Source: Stegostoma tigrinum | Lineage: Eukaryota | Assembly (NCBI RefSeq): GCF_030684315.1 | Contig: NC_081358.1 | Span: 98,476,756-98,540,755 of the forward strand | Length of the DNA: 64,000 bases | Direction of reading: 5' to 3' | Part shown: one piece after another, positions 1 to 13,569 of the stretch | How positions within the stretch are numbered: position 1 is the stretch's first letter | Layout: every line of letters begins with the position of its first letter | Program-made: the position numbers and the translations under genes | The notes under the pieces: generated by a model | Database searches by the model: none | Told to the model about the DNA's origin: nothing | The model's input: only the letters and a program-made list of their open reading frames with translations

Positions 1-859
1 CAAATATATAACTATATCGCTGTGAAAGTTCATTTAGAGTGACAGTGGCTTGTGTCTAGAAGTGACAGTTTTTCTTAAGGAGGAGGACATCTGTTTTGTT
101 ATTAAGTAACAGCATCACCTAACGAAAGTTAGTGAGAATGAAAAAGTAGCCCTGTAAACCAAAATATAGCGGTCAAAATCTCCCAGCAAACACTCATAAG
201 CAGCAAAACAAAATTCCCGACATACATGTTGCACTCAAATTGAAGGCCTATAACTTGGCCAGTTGGCAAGACCCTTGTGAAAACACCTTATCATATGGGT
301 TTCCTGCTCCCACAAGGAGGATGAATGAATCCTTACTCAAATTCTTTTACTGCTAGAGCAGACATCGTTTAAGAGTTTTAAACTTAATTAGAAGAATACA
401 GCAACTCCCACAATAATTCTACTAAGCCACATTGATCATTTAGATTCTAAATTGGATTCATTTTTGTGCTATTTTAACAGATCCCCAAAAGAGCAATACT
501 GTGTCAAATGTACATCAGTCAAAATTAAATCAAGGAGGACTCCTTTTCTGAAGGTTATAAATGGGGCTAAGCAACCTCACAAACAATAGTTCAGAGTAAA
601 ATTCTGTTGTCTTTCCAGATCGAATCATGAAGGGTTTGAGCAGGTCAAATAACGAGGAGATATCCAAGAATACTCTATCCACGATGTTGCTGGGGTTTTG
701 CACTTCAGCGCTAAAGATGAGGCTGGAGTGTTTTTAAAAAAATATCTGCAACCAGAAATGGTCCAGGGAAAACCTACCTCAGCCTCCGGTGATGTCACAG
801 CTTTCAGCCAATTCAATTCATTGAGTGAGATATCAAGGAAGGACTAGGGTCCTTAGCAC

Positions 860-2410
860 ATGGATAAACAAAGGCTGTAAGCATTGACAATATCCCAGCT
901 GTAGAATTAAAGATATGCTAACAATTATGTGTGTTTTACCAAGCTGTTCCAACAGCAATGACAACACTGGTATCTGCGAGATGAAATGGAAAATTACACA
1001 AACAGAGCCTGACTACAAAGCAAAAAATCCAATCAGGCCAATAATCAATCTTCTCTCTCAATGATCCGCAAAGGTGTTGCTGATGAAACCAGCAAGCAGC
1101 ACAAATTCATCAATAACCAGTTCATCAATGCTTAGCTCACATTCTTCTAGGACTATGTAATTCAGAAACGGACAAAGGAGAAGAATTCTAGAGATACAAT
1201 AGGTCAGACTGCTCCTGACACCAAGGTAGCATTTGACCAAGTGTGGTAGCAAGGAGTGCTAGCAAAAATGGTATTGATGGGAATAAGCCGTGAACTAACC
1301 ACTGGTTAGAGTCATGTGTAGCAAAGAAGAAAATGGATTTGGATTTTGGAGACCAAACCCATTTACGCCAAGACACCACTACAGGATTTCCTCAGATGTA
1401 GTTGTTTTTGTCAAACTGTCCAGACATGTTACTACATATCTCCGAAGCAGGTTGGGCTTAAACCCAGGCCTCTTAGCTCAAAGGTAGGGACACTATCACT
1501 GCATCACAACAGCCAAATTTCTCAATGTAGATATTTCTACTCAACCTGTTCAAAAATGATATCACACAACTCTGGAGCAGCTGGGACTCAAACCTGGGCC
1601 TCCTGGCTCAGTGTTATAGGTTCAACTGCCTTCTGTTGGATCAATGATCTTCCCTACAATCTAAGTTCAGAAATATGGATGGTGGCTCACAATCTCAGTA
1701 TTCAGCTGCATTTGTAACCCCTCAGACAATGAAGCCATTCATGCCGAAAAGTAACCAAATCTTGGGCAACAGTCAGACTTGGGGTAAGGGTCAAGGGATG
1801 ACCACATTCAAAATAATAAGAAATCCATCTACCTTTAACATTCAACAGATTACCATTTCAAATTCCCCAGCATCTTAAGGTTACCACTGATCAGAAACTC
1901 ACATTGGCCAGCCATACAAATATAACAGCTACAAGAGCAGACCAGAGGTTGGAAACTCTATGTAGTTCAACTCCCAACTTCCCAAGACTTATCTAGCAGC
2001 TAAAAGGCATATGTCAGGAGTATAATGGAATATTCCCCACTTTTCTGAATGACGGAGCTCCAAACCAGTCAAGCAGTTTGAGGACAGAATCTTTCACATG
2101 ACTGGAATTTCACTCACCGTCTTAAACATTAGCTTCATACATCATCAACCAGTGAAAGCAGTGTGCACCATTTACGAGATGCACCACAGTAATTCTATAA
2201 AGCAGCATTTTCCAAAGCAGTGAGCTCATCATTCACAAGAACATGGGCAGCAAGTACCTGGGACGACTACTGCCTGCATTCTTCCCTCCAAGTCGCACAA
2301 CATGTTTACACAGAAATATATCACCATTCTTTCACTATTGAGTAAAAATCCTGGAACTCCTTCCCTAATGCAACTATGGATTTAATAATACAATACAGAC
2401 TGCAAGATTC
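860..2410 (+). mobile_element. Highly decayed non-LTR retrotransposon (CR1/L2-clade RT region), interrupted by tRNA-derived SINE heads at ~1440-1620
   Basis: Degenerate RT-type sequence (aaggctg..cattgacaatatccc, acaacactggtatct..tggaaaatt); related fragments at ~2450-3420 and ~19225-19990; no intact ORF. Confidence 0.5.
1440..1620 (-). mobile_element. Two tandem tRNA-derived SINE head remnants
   Basis: Reverse-strand B-box-like GGGTTTAAGCCC / GGTTTGAGTCCC in two similar units (aaacccaggcctc..gctca and aaacctgggcctcctggctca). Confidence 0.45.
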
Positions 2411-4102
2411 AATTTAGAGTCTGCTCTTGATATCAAGGTAGCATTCTACTGAGTATAGCATCAAGGAGCCCTGGCTAAATTGAAGACAATGGTAACTAGG
2501 AAGGGAAACTCTCCACTGGTTGGAATAATTTCTAACATAAAGGACTAAAGTGGTGATTATTGAAGGCTAATCATTTCAGCGCCAGCATATAGCTGTTTTA
2601 TACTGTTTTAATTACCTTTCCAGCATACAGGGCAGAAGTGGGAATGTTTACTGATGATTGCAGTGTTCAGAGCCATTTGTAATTCCCCAGGTAGTAGCAA
2701 GAAGTAAGTTTGAATTGATAAGTGGTAAGTAAAGTTCACGTTACTTAAGAACTAGCAATGACAGCCTGAACAAGAAAGAATATAACCATCTCAGTCTGTG
2801 CTCCATAGCATTATCATTGCTGAATCTTTCACCATTGGCACCCTATGGGCTACCACTATCCACAGACCTAACTGGACCAGATGTATTAATATTTGGGCTA
2901 AAAGGCTGCCCTGAAGTCAAGAATTCAGCTGTTCGTAATTTCTCCCCTAACAGCATAAAGCCTGTTCATCATCTAGAAGGTGCAAATTATGAACATGATA
3001 AAATAATCTACGTTTCCTGGCATTGCCTTGCACTAACATCACAAGAAGCTCAACACCATTTAGGACAAACCAGGCTATCAGCATCCCATTCAGTCCCTCA
3101 ACCACTAGCTCAAAACAACTGAAGTGAGCATCACTTTCAAGCTGGATTGCAGCAAGTCAACAAGTCTCTGCTGACAGCAACCTCAAAAACAATTATCTCT
3201 GCCAACTAGACAGCAAAGAGACATTCATGGAATACCAAACTCTTTTAAATTCTACTTCCAAACACACAGCCTCTTGATTTGGGAACTCCATCAATGTGCC
3301 TTCACTGCTGCCAGATAAAAATAAAATCTGGAACTCAAACCTAATCAGTACTGCATATGCAGCTACTCTAAATATACAACAATCGTTCAAGAATGCAGCT
3401 CATTACCATCTTCTTTGGAGCAATTAACAATAGAACATGAGTGGTGAACAAAAACAGAAGTTACTGGAAAATCTCAGCAGGTCTGGCAGCATCTGTGAAG
3501 AAAAATCAGAGTTAACATTTCTGGTCCAGTGACCCTTCTGCAGAACTGGTTTGTTTTGTTCCTGATTTACAGCTTCCACTGTTCTTCTGGTTTTTATTTA
3601 GGACATCAGCGCTGGCCTTGTTGGATTCTCCACAACTAACACCACACACAAAAAAAATGTGCTGACAGCAAACCTAAGAGCAGAGCAGAAGAGATGCCAA
3701 AATTAGCTACAGCATTTAAGAAGTGAGCCAGATATCACTTCCAAAACCTATCCAGTCACCCTTACTTTAAAATGTAACTGACTCTAAAGCTGGACATCAT
3801 CATATTAAACTGGAAAAGGTGCAGAACAGATTTACAAGGATGTTATCAGGACTGGAGGGTTTGAATTATAAGGGGAAGCTGGAAAGGTTGTGACTTTTTC
3901 CCATGGAGTGTAGGAGGCCAAGGGGTGGCCTTTAAGAGGTTTATAAAATCATGAGATGCATAGATAAGTGAAAAGCAAAGGTATTTTCCAAAAGGTAGAG
4001 GAATTCAAAACTAGCGAATACATGTTTAAGGTGAGAGGGGAAAGATTTAAGAGAGACCCGAGGGGCAACTATTTCACACAGACAACATTGCGTACATGGA
4101 AT

Positions 4103-4720
4103 CAATCATCATCATAGTCAGCAGTCCCTCACAGACAAGGATGGCTCTCCTCCGCTCTCAGAATGGATCTGTAAATGGCTGTAGAGTCAGATGTGACATT
4201 CACAGGCTGTGCCACACTTGGGACATAACATAGTGATAGGAAGAGGTGGGTGGGCTGTTGGTGCAACAGTACATTCCTTATGCTATTTTCACCTGGCTTC
4301 TGCTTTTTCAGACTGCATGTCTCAAGGTACTCAACGACTTCCCAGATGCTCCTCTTCCATTTGGGATAGTCTTAAGCCAGTGATTCCCAGGTGTCAATGG
4401 GAATGTCGCACTTTGCCAATAAGGCCTTGAGGGTATCCCTGAAACATTTCCACTGTCCACCTGAGGGTCACCTGCTGCTTTGTAGCCAAGAGTTGAGTGC
4501 TTGTTTGGGAGGTCTTGTGTCAATCACATGAACAATGTGCCTGGCCCATTGCAGCTGACGAAGAGAGGTCAGTGCTTCAATGCTGGCGATGTCCGCTTGG
4601 GCGAGGTCGCTGATGTCAGTGTGTCTAATTTCCCAGTAGATTTTGCGCAGGAAGCATTGACAGTCCTGCTTCAGTGCCTTAAGGCCCACGTCTCAGGAGG
4701 GCGGGAACCACCACAGCTCT
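4103..4720 (-). mobile_element. RTE (BovB-like) LINE 3' fragment
   Basis: ORF 4468-4689 (LRKIYWEIRHTDISDLAQADIASIEAL..QLQWARHIVHVIDTRPPKQ) matches the RTE ORF C-terminus; (atc)n tail at ~4105-4115. Confidence 0.7.
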
Positions 4721-6439
4721 ATGTATCGTGACATAACCAACGTGCTCCATTTTTTCAAAATTTTCAATTCCCTGGCAGCCAAACACCTCATCTTCACCAT
4801 GAATGTACAGTCCCTTTACACCTCCCTCATACAGATGGCCTAAAAGCCGTCCGCTTTTTCTTTTCCTGTAGGTCGAACCAGTCCCCCCTCCATTGACACT
4901 CTCGTTCGCTTGGCAGAACTGGTCCTCACCCTCAACAAATTTTCCTTTGATTCTTTCCATTTCCTACAAACCAAAAGGGGAGGGGGGAAATTATGGGCAC
5001 TCTATTGGGCCCAAGGTATACCTACCCCTTTTGAGGATTCATAGAACAGTCCCTCTTCCACAACCACACTGGCATCATCCCTCACCTATTTCTCCACTAT
5101 ATTGATGACTACATCAGTGCTACCTCATGCACCCCAAGAAGCTCGAGCAGTTTAATCAACTTTGCCAACATCTTTCACCCTGCCCTCAAATTCACCTGGA
5201 CCATTTCTGATACCTCCCTCCCCTTCCTGGGCCTCTCCATCTCCATCTCGGTTAACTGACTCATCACTGATATTTGAAACCACTGCCTCTCGCAACTAGC
5301 TCGACTATACTTCCTCTCAACCACCCTCCTGTAAAAATGCTATTCCATACTCTCATTTCCTCCATTGCATCTGTTTCCAGGATGAGGCGTTTTGCTCCAG
5401 GACAACCCAGATGTCCTCCTCCGTTAGGGACTGGTATCTTCCCTCCTCTTTAATTAAGGATGCCATCAACTTCATCTCCTCTGTATTCCACAGTTCAAAA
5501 CCCCTCCAACCCGCACCAATAAGGATAGAATCCCCCTATTCCTCACGTACCATCCCACCACCACCAAATCCATCGCATCATCCTCTGACATTTCCACCAC
5601 CTACAATCAGACCCAAACCCAAAAACATGGATATGTGCCTCCCCATCCCTGTCCATTTTCTGCAGGAACTGTTCATTCCATGAACTCATCACCTCTACAC
5701 TGCCCACCAACATCTCCACCACACCCGATACCTTTCCCTGCAACAGCAAATGCAACACCTGCCAGTACACTTCCTCTCTCACTTTAGCCCAAAGCTCCAA
5801 ATAATCCTTCCAGATCCAGAGATTCACCTGCACTTTATTCAACTGAATCTAACGGATCAGTTGCTCCTGATGTGGTCTACCCTAACGCAGGCTCAGGGAT
5901 GGTGTGCAGAGCATCTGCACTCTACATGCACCGACCAACCCGACCTCCTGGCTGCCATCCATTTTAATTCCTCATCCCACTCACTTGGTGGCATATCAAT
6001 CCTTGGCCTCCTCCACTGTCAGTGTGAGGCCAAACATGAACTGGGGGTATACACCACCTGATATTTTGCGTTGGGGGCTTTCAGCCCACTGGTCTCAATA
6101 CTGATTTCCCCAACTTCAAAATCCCTCCTACCCCCAGCCATATCCATGTCCAGCTTTCCCCTTCCTCCTCACCTCCATCATCTAATCTAACCTGAGCATC
6201 TTCCTACTCACCTACGCCCAGCACCCTTCCCACTGACCAATCACAATAATGTCTACCTGCATCCACCTATCACCATCCCACCTACCCTTCCCCTGTGCCC
6301 ACCCCCACCCCAAACCTGACAAAGGATTTCAGCCTGAAACGTTGACTTTCCTGCTCCTCAGATGCTGTTTGATCTGTTGTGCTTTTCAGGCTTCACACCT
6401 ATTGACTCTGGCTTCTAGCATCTGCAGTCCTTCCTGTCT
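4721..6439 (+). mobile_element. Penelope-like element (RT + GIY-YIG remnants) with 10-bp target-site duplication
   Basis: RT remnants (FTMNVQSLYTS, LAELVLTLNKF, YIDDY), GIY-YIG remnant (AEHLHS..HFNSSSHS..GLLHCQCEA), decayed hammerhead at ~6316-6345; ccacagctct at 4711-4720 and 6440-6449. Confidence 0.8.
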
Positions 6440-6850
6440 CCACAGCTCTGGTTTGGAGGCAGCGAAGAATGAATAATTTCCTGCTGGCTCTGTAGGTTAG
6501 TCTCACTCCAGTGGAATGAACTGCCAGAGGAAATGTTAGAAGCAGTTCAAGTTACAACCTTGTAAAGATATCTGGACAGGTACATGAATAGGATAGGTTT
6601 AAAGGGATTTGGGCCAAATGCAGGTAAATGGTACTAGTTTAGTTTGGCAAACCTGACTGGTATGAACAAGTTGGACTGAAGGATCTGTTTCTCTAATGTA
6701 TGACTATGATACAATCTAAAGATCTTTTGCTACCTCTAAGGTAAAAATATTAGTGGTCAACTGTATCTTACCAGAAGCCAAGGCCTTCAGGATGAAAGAA
6801 AGTAGCAACTGAAAATAAAACAAATACTGGGAGGAAAATGCTATTCTTAC

Positions 6851-6978
6851 CACGTGACTGGCACAGCCGCCTCTTCTCCTAAGCCCATGGGAATGCGACT
6901 CTGCAGATAGTGAAGCTGGCCAAAATATTTCCTTAACGTACTACATCCTTCAAAGTCTCTTGTAACATTCACGGCACT
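6851..6978 (-). CDS. PTPN23: PTPN23 coding exon 3 (Bro1 domain), 128 nt: SAVNVTRDFEGCSTLRKYFGQLHYLQSRIPMGLGEEAAVPVT(W)
   Basis: ttgcAG acceptor and GTaag donor; phase 0 start fits exon 2; close match to human HD-PTP NAVRVPRDFEGCSVLRKYLGQLHYLQSRVPMGSGQEAAVPVTW; later exons were not found and presumably lie left of the window. Confidence 0.96.
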
Positions 6979-7699
6979 CTGCAACAGGACAAATGTTTTT
7001 GATTACCACTTGACAACTATAACCAATCTAAAACTGTTTTTTGTTTCCTACATCATTTGCTCTTCATTTAAATCAAGCAGCAAAAATATGAGATCTGATA
7101 AGAAATGTTAAAATTACAAATTAGCTTTCATTATGAAGATCAACAGAGAACCAAAGGTCTGACTTTAAATCTTTAAGTTAGCATTTCCAGTGAATTAAAA
7201 TCAAGCCAAAAGAATGCCTGGTTGCAGTTTCACTTCCCTTCTTTTTAAAAAGATTGTCACTTACATGACACATGTTGCTCTACACCATCACCTGTTCCTT
7301 TTAGTGCTATTACAATGGTCCCAGTTACTAATAGACAAGTCAGATCACAGTACAACGCCTGGTTTGATTCATCAAACTTTGATATTTCTTTTAATGTTTT
7401 CTTTCATTGAAGCACAAGCAGAGAAAGCTGCAGATTTAGTTTAAAAAATAAAACAGCTGTTTATTACAGAAATTTAATAAAAACAAAATACAATAGTTTG
7501 TAAAATGATGGTGCTGGGGTGTAGATGTGTTGTGTTTTGCATATGTTTTGAAGTCTTTCAGTTAATCAAAATCCACAGATCATTTCTTTCTATATCAAAT
7601 TTAATGGATTATCTTAACTGCTTCTTCTCAGTTACTGACCTGTGAACTGTCATTTGGTTTGATTTATTGTCGTCATATGTACCTAAGTATCTTGAAAAG

Positions 7700-8975
7700 C
7701 CTTGTTTAGTGAAAAGTACAGGCAGATCATGTTAGAGAGTCCATTCATCAGTCTAATAACATCTGGGAAGAAGCTGTTCTTGAGCCTGTTGGTGCATGCT
7801 CAACCTTCTGCATCTTTTGCCTGACAGAAGAGGTTAGAACATAAAACATAAAACAATACAGTGCAGAACACGCCCTTCGGCCCTCAATGGTGGGAGGAAT
7901 CTGTGATGATGTTAGCAGCCTTTCCGTAGCAAGTTTAAATGGAGTCCTTGGATGGGAGGTTGGAGTCTATGTTGGCCCGGCCTGTGCACACATCCTTCTG
8001 TAGTTTCTCAACAGTCGCCATGCCAGGCTGTTATGTGGTACGGTTAAGTTGGTGAAGTTCCTTATGGACATGCTGAATTTCCTAAGCCGCCTGAGGAAAA
8101 GAGGCATTGTTGTGCCTTCTTGACCACTGCATCTGTGTGGAAGGTCCAGGACAGAGTGTCAGTTATCATCAATCCTAGGAACCTGACACTCTCGACTCTC
8201 TTCACCTCAGCACCGTTGATGTAGATGTGGGTGTTTCCTCCTCAAGTCAATGGTCAGTTCTTTTATTTTTCTGATATTGAGAGAGGTTGTTGTCATTACA
8301 CCATGACACCAAGCCCTCTATTTCCTTTCTGTACTCTGACTCATTGTTGCTTGATATCCATCCTACAATGTAGATTGTGTTCATTTGGAATTTGGCTATA
8401 CAGTCGTGGGTGTATAGAATATAGGGGGCTGACAAAGCAGCCTTGGGGGGCTCTAGTATTGAGGGTCATTGTGGAGAAGGTGCAATTGTCTATCTTCACT
8501 GATTGCAGTCTGTAGGTCAGGAAGCTGAGGATCCAGCTGCAGAGGGTGCAGCTGAGACACAAAGTCTTAGAGTTCTGAGATTAGTCTAGAGAGGATTATG
8601 GTGTTGAAGTCGGTAGGTAGGAATATGAAGTAGGTATCCTTGTTATCCAGATGTCCCAGGGATGAGTGTAGGGCTAGGGTAATGGTATCCACTGTGGGCC
8701 TGTTTCGTTGGTAGACAAATTACAGGGGACCAAGGCAAGGCTACAACTGATGAAAGCTCTGATTAATCTCTCAAAGCACTTCATGATTATGGAGGGCAGA
8801 GTTGCTCGGCAGTAGTCATTAAGGCATGTTACATGTACTTTCTTTGGTCGTGGGACGATGGTCGTCTTCTTGAAGCAGGTGGGGATTTTGGCTTATAGGA
8901 GGGAGAGATTGAAGATGTCAGCGAATACCTCCACCAGCTGGTCCACATAGAATCTAAGTGCGTGGCCAGGCACAT
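7700..8975 (-). mobile_element. REX1/Babar-type LINE RT fragment
   Basis: ORF pieces [48 protein letters not shown]. Confidence 0.75.
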
Positions 8976-10190
8976 CACTTTCAAATTTCATTCTACTAAA
9001 CTCCAATGAGTATGGGCCCAACCACCTCAACTTTATCTGACAGTCCCGCCATACCCAGGATCAGCAATAGTGGATGTTCACAAAACCGCCCTCAGGGCCA
9101 GTACATCTATCTTTAAATAAGATTTAGCATTACTGTTCACTGCTCCACCTGTGGCCTCTCTAGCAGTTTCTACAATTTTAAGCAAGACTTCCCTATTTAA
9201 CTACTCCATTCAATTTGAAATAAAGACAGAATGATATTTTCTTTCACGACTAAACTTGTATGTTATCTTTTTGTGATTTATGTACAAGAACTCTTCTGCA
9301 CTATCACTTTCTGCAGTCATATTCCATGTAAATAATACTCAACCCCTCTATTCTTTCTGCCAAATTGTATAACCTTACATTTTCCTATTTTACATGCCAA
9401 GTTTTTGCCCATTCATTTTATTTATTTCCCTGTCTGTAAACCTGACTGTAGTACGTTTGTGTTTCTCAAATAAGTCATTAATATATACTGTAAATAACTG
9501 TAGCTCCAGCAATGATCCCTGTGGCACTTCAATATTAATGATGACCCCCTTATGCCAACTCTGTCTTCTATTTGTCAGCCAACTTTCAATCCATACTAGT
9601 ATACCACCTCCAAAAACATGCATTTTTATCTTATTAAGAAACATAATACCAAGATACCTTATCAAACACCTTCTGGGAATCCACATGTTATATCCTCTGC
9701 TTCTCCTTTATCTGTCTTGTCTGTTGCTTCAAAGAATTTTAATAAATTTGTCAGAAATGATTTGCCCATCATGAAGCTGTGCGGACACCGCTTGATAACA
9801 TTACGTATTTCTAAATGCTCTGATATTACATGCTTCATAACAGACTCCAACATTTTCCCAATACAGATGTTAAGCCAACTGGCCTACAGTTACCTGTTAT
9901 TATCTCCTTTTCTTTGTAAATAAAGGGGTTGCATAGTCAGTTTGCCAATTTTCTGGAATATAATGATTTTTCGAAGATTTCGACCAGTGCATCTATCCTC
10001 TTTAGCTACTTCCTTTAATATCCTAGAATGCATCCCAGCAGGGGCCTTATTGGTGTTCCCATTAGTTTACCTAGCAATTTCTCTATAGTGATAGCTAGTC
10101 CATTTATTTCCTTTTCCTCCATTTGCCCTTGATTACATTGTAATTTTGTATTGCTATTAGTGTTTTTTTAGAAATAAGACTGATGGCAGC
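8975..10190 (-). mobile_element. CR1 LINE RT fragment
   Basis: ORF pieces HSFMMGKSFLTNLLKFFE, WIESWLTNRRQ, VPQGSLLELQLFTVYINDL. Confidence 0.8.
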
Positions 10191-10208
10191 CAAAAGAGAA
10201 GGAAAACT

Positions 10209-10900
10209 GCAGAGAAAACTGTGCTAGGGAAGACAAGTGGCTACAAAAAATACAGATTCATGGTTGTACTGTTACATATTTCTAACGCGACAAAGATTAA
10301 ACGAATGGTGATCTTCAAGACAAAAAGCCTCATAAAACAGCAATTCCCAAAAGAAAGAGTTATCCACATTCACAATAAAAGATAAATGGATGAATGAAGG
10401 TGGTTTGAAAAATGGCCAAGGGAAGTTTAGAGTTTTTAAACCAGGGGGTTATGAAAAAAAAATCATCTTATCAGAGACAATTTCAGGTCACAGGTCATCA
10501 ATATAGTTATTGCTAAAAAGTTACTGCAAAACTGATTTCACAGTGATTCCCAGTCATCCAACCAGACTTCAACAATTAAATGGTCTCTGAAAAAGTCTTT
10601 CAAGGACAACTTGAGGAAAAAGTGGAATAACTGAATGACGGGAAGAAAGAAGTCATTCACAAAAGGAGGCATCAAACATTGTCTGATATCAGCAATCCAG
10701 TGTTAATGGACTGCTGAGGCCTGGACAAAATTAGAACAGAGACTGTCACCAAATCTGGGATACCACAGCACCTTGGGGAATGATACGTCTGAAAGCGGGC
10801 ATGATTACTAATGAAAATGATGTCAATGATCTACACAAAAATGATGATGATTAGGGTACATTATCTGGTTGAAGACAAGCACAATTTTTATGGATTTTGT
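10209..10900 (+). mobile_element. Fossil pogo-type (DDE_1, POGK/Tigger-like) DNA transposase fragment
   Basis: Hand translation: AEKTVLGKTSGYKKYRFMVVLL..TKIKRMVIFKTKSL..FPKERVIHIHNKR*MDE, DNFRSQ, TDFTVIP..RLQQLN, KSFKDNLRKKWNN*M..KSFTKGG; stops and frameshifts present. Confidence 0.7.
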
Positions 10901-12508
10901 GTCATATTCAGTAATTACTTGCTACTAAGTAGTATTATTTTATTCAATATGAAAAAGAAATGAAATTGTATACAATTTACATTGTTGACGATGGCATTGA
11001 TGGATTCAGTCTACAAAAATTACTGTTTCCCTCTATGGAGGTTACTTTGTGTAAGTAAAATTGTAATAATAAATGTACAGTAGCTCCTTTCATGTACTTT
11101 TGGGGGCAGCAATGGCAGGAACTCTCATAACTGGCAACACGAATAAGGAAATGAGAGAAGGTGAATTTCAACCTCTCCAAAATATCACTTCAATAAAAAA
11201 GAAAAATCGACACCAATTTTTAATTAAAGACTTAGTCTTAGAAATTCAACTTTTATATGGTAACTCCTGGCTGACATTTACTGTCATAACATGCTAGAAA
11301 AGAAACATTACGTGAACAAAAGAAGATCTCGGAAACAGATAACTGTTAAATTGGAAGTAATGGCCAAATTATCTGATTGATCTTAGTTGCTGAAAAAAGT
11401 GTAAAACAAGAAATTTCAGGGTCATTCTGCCCAACAGCTGAAACCCAGCTCAGGCATAGGACAAGCTCAGATACATTATTCATTTCATAGGTAAATGAAT
11501 AGGCAAGGTTATGACCCGAAGGTGAGCACAAGGCACATAAAGAGAGATGAAAAACAATGTTTTCAATGTAATTTTTGGAATGCCAAGAAAATGCCATAAA
11601 GTGGCTAAATTGACTGCAACATTTGAAATAGCACTGGATAGAATTAAAAGTAAAAATGAAAGCAAGAAGATAATATAACTGGACAAGACATACAAAAACA
11701 AAAGTATGAAAATCAGACTACAGCAGTTCTAAATTGAGTACAATTAAAAATGCCATAAGCCTTGATCTGTACTAGAATGTTTTATTTTCCAGATCAGTCA
11801 TTAATTTTCTCAAGTGCTTCCAAGCGAATTGCATCATGCAAGTTCAAAAACAAAAAACTTGAGCTCATGTTAAAATTCATTCAAACATGCCAACATCAAG
11901 GAGTAGGACTCCAACGATGCTATCTTGCTGATCTGAGACACAATTTATTTCTATTACAGAATGCATTCAATAACTCTAATTTTAAAAAGTTGTTTCTACA
12001 CTGTCATTCATCTTTGTATCTCATTGCTTCACTTTCCAAACTGATTGATCAAGTACATATGCAGCCACTGGGTACAATGTCCACTTCACCTGACTTTTGA
12101 CAGATGAGTTACCAATGCTACAGATTCTTCTTCCATCAGAACGGCCTTTCAAAGCACACTGGAAAAACTACAGGCAGCAATGCCTTGCACTAGAAGACTG
12201 ACAGCATAAGTGAATCAATAAACTGCATCAGATACACAACAGGATTATTACAATCTAATTTAGCATTGTTTAACTCTCAAATTTTAAGTATGTCTACATC
12301 ATTTCTATTTTGTTTTGGCAAGGGGCCTTGGGCATTTGAGGTTCTACTGTACCAGCAATGACGTGGGGTTAAAACTAAAGGTACAGTCACATGGGCAGGA
12401 ACACATTACACAGAAAATTTCCTGAATAAACAAACATGGGGCTTAGAGCTCCAACAGTTAAAGGCAGCAGTCTAATGTTTCAGTAGCAATCTGTTATTCG
12501 ATGCTTAC

Positions 12509-12583
12509 CTGTCTGAGCTGATCAAGTTTCTTCAGTTCCTCACTGTAGTTGTCAGGATTTTCACCATAATGCTTCAAAATATA
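12509..12583 (-). CDS. PTPN23: PTPN23 coding exon 2, 75 nt: YILKHYGENPDNYSEELKKLDQLRQ
   Basis: ctttcAG acceptor, GTaagc donor, phase 0/0; matches human FVLKNYGENPEAYNEELKKLELLRQ. Confidence 0.96.
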
Positions 12584-13569
12584 CTGAAAGATAATTGATA
12601 AAATGTTTAGAGGACAATGTAATCTTTGTTCTACTTTTTCATTACTTAATTATGACACATTGTTAGCTGTGGCACACAAGTAAAATGCAGACTACTCCTT
12701 CCCCAAAGCTTGTCATTGCTCTCATATCCTAATTTTCAGAACCTCTGTCATCATATCTAATAATACAACTTATGTGCACACAGTAGATTAAAAGCAGAGG
12801 TAAAGGGTAAATACATAAGATCATGAAAGATTACGCACTAGTTTATCAGTTTCAAATTGGTTCATTTCCTGTTTGAGTGCAAACATACCTGCATGAAATG
12901 TGACAACTAAACTTTTAACTGTATTCATCCAAGTAGATGTGACAATAAAGCTAATTCAATTCAATTGCAATCATGACTTCTGTTTCCTTCTGCATTGCAA
13001 CAGCTCCATAGTCACTCAAGACTAACTCTGGCCATACCTCAAGTGAGGTGAAGCCAATAAAGTGCATCAGTCTGAAGGTCTCATTACATTTTTTTCTGAA
13101 TTCTAAATAACAATGACTAGTGTAATCATAGCCTCCAAAAGATTATATGGAGCTTCTGTCAAGCATCAGCTCTGACTCAATGCTAGCTTGTAATTTTGTC
13201 TCAATGCTAAATTGACAGATAAACATCGAGAGGCTGACATGCCTAGTACTCAATGGGCAACTGCTTCAGATTCTACAATGATTGACATTCTCTACTCTAA
13301 ATACCTCTTTCAATGTCGGTGGAACGTGGGAAGGCGTACTTGAAAGAAACCCAAGCCTGTATATTTCATAGCTTTGCACCAAGTGCGGAAAAATCAGAAA
13401 TATGGAAAGATGTGCAATACCAGCAAAGCAGCCAGAATCTATAAGTTAGACTTGCAATACCTTTTATCTTTTCATCTAAAAAGAAGTGACCACTACTGTA
13501 CTTCTGGAATGTTATATACGAATACAGTTCAAACAAGTAGCTTGACACCAGCCTAGATAATCAGCCCCA

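Larger units (their letters stand above)
3790..6712 (+). mobile_element. CR1 (HER1-like) LINE 3' fragment split into ~3790-4102 and ~6512-6712 by nested insertions
   Basis: LEKVQNRFTRML...GRL...RRPRGGL CR1 C-terminal motifs, resuming at tggaatgaactgccagagg and ending in a CR1 3' tail; tggaat repeated at both breakpoints. Confidence 0.75.

Noticed and set aside
2950-2985. Possible PTPN23 exon 4 (minus-strand gatgaacaggct resembling YEQA)
   Set aside because: The surrounding translation does not match TEIFSGK..HEDIKYEQACILYNLG and lies in decayed LINE sequence.
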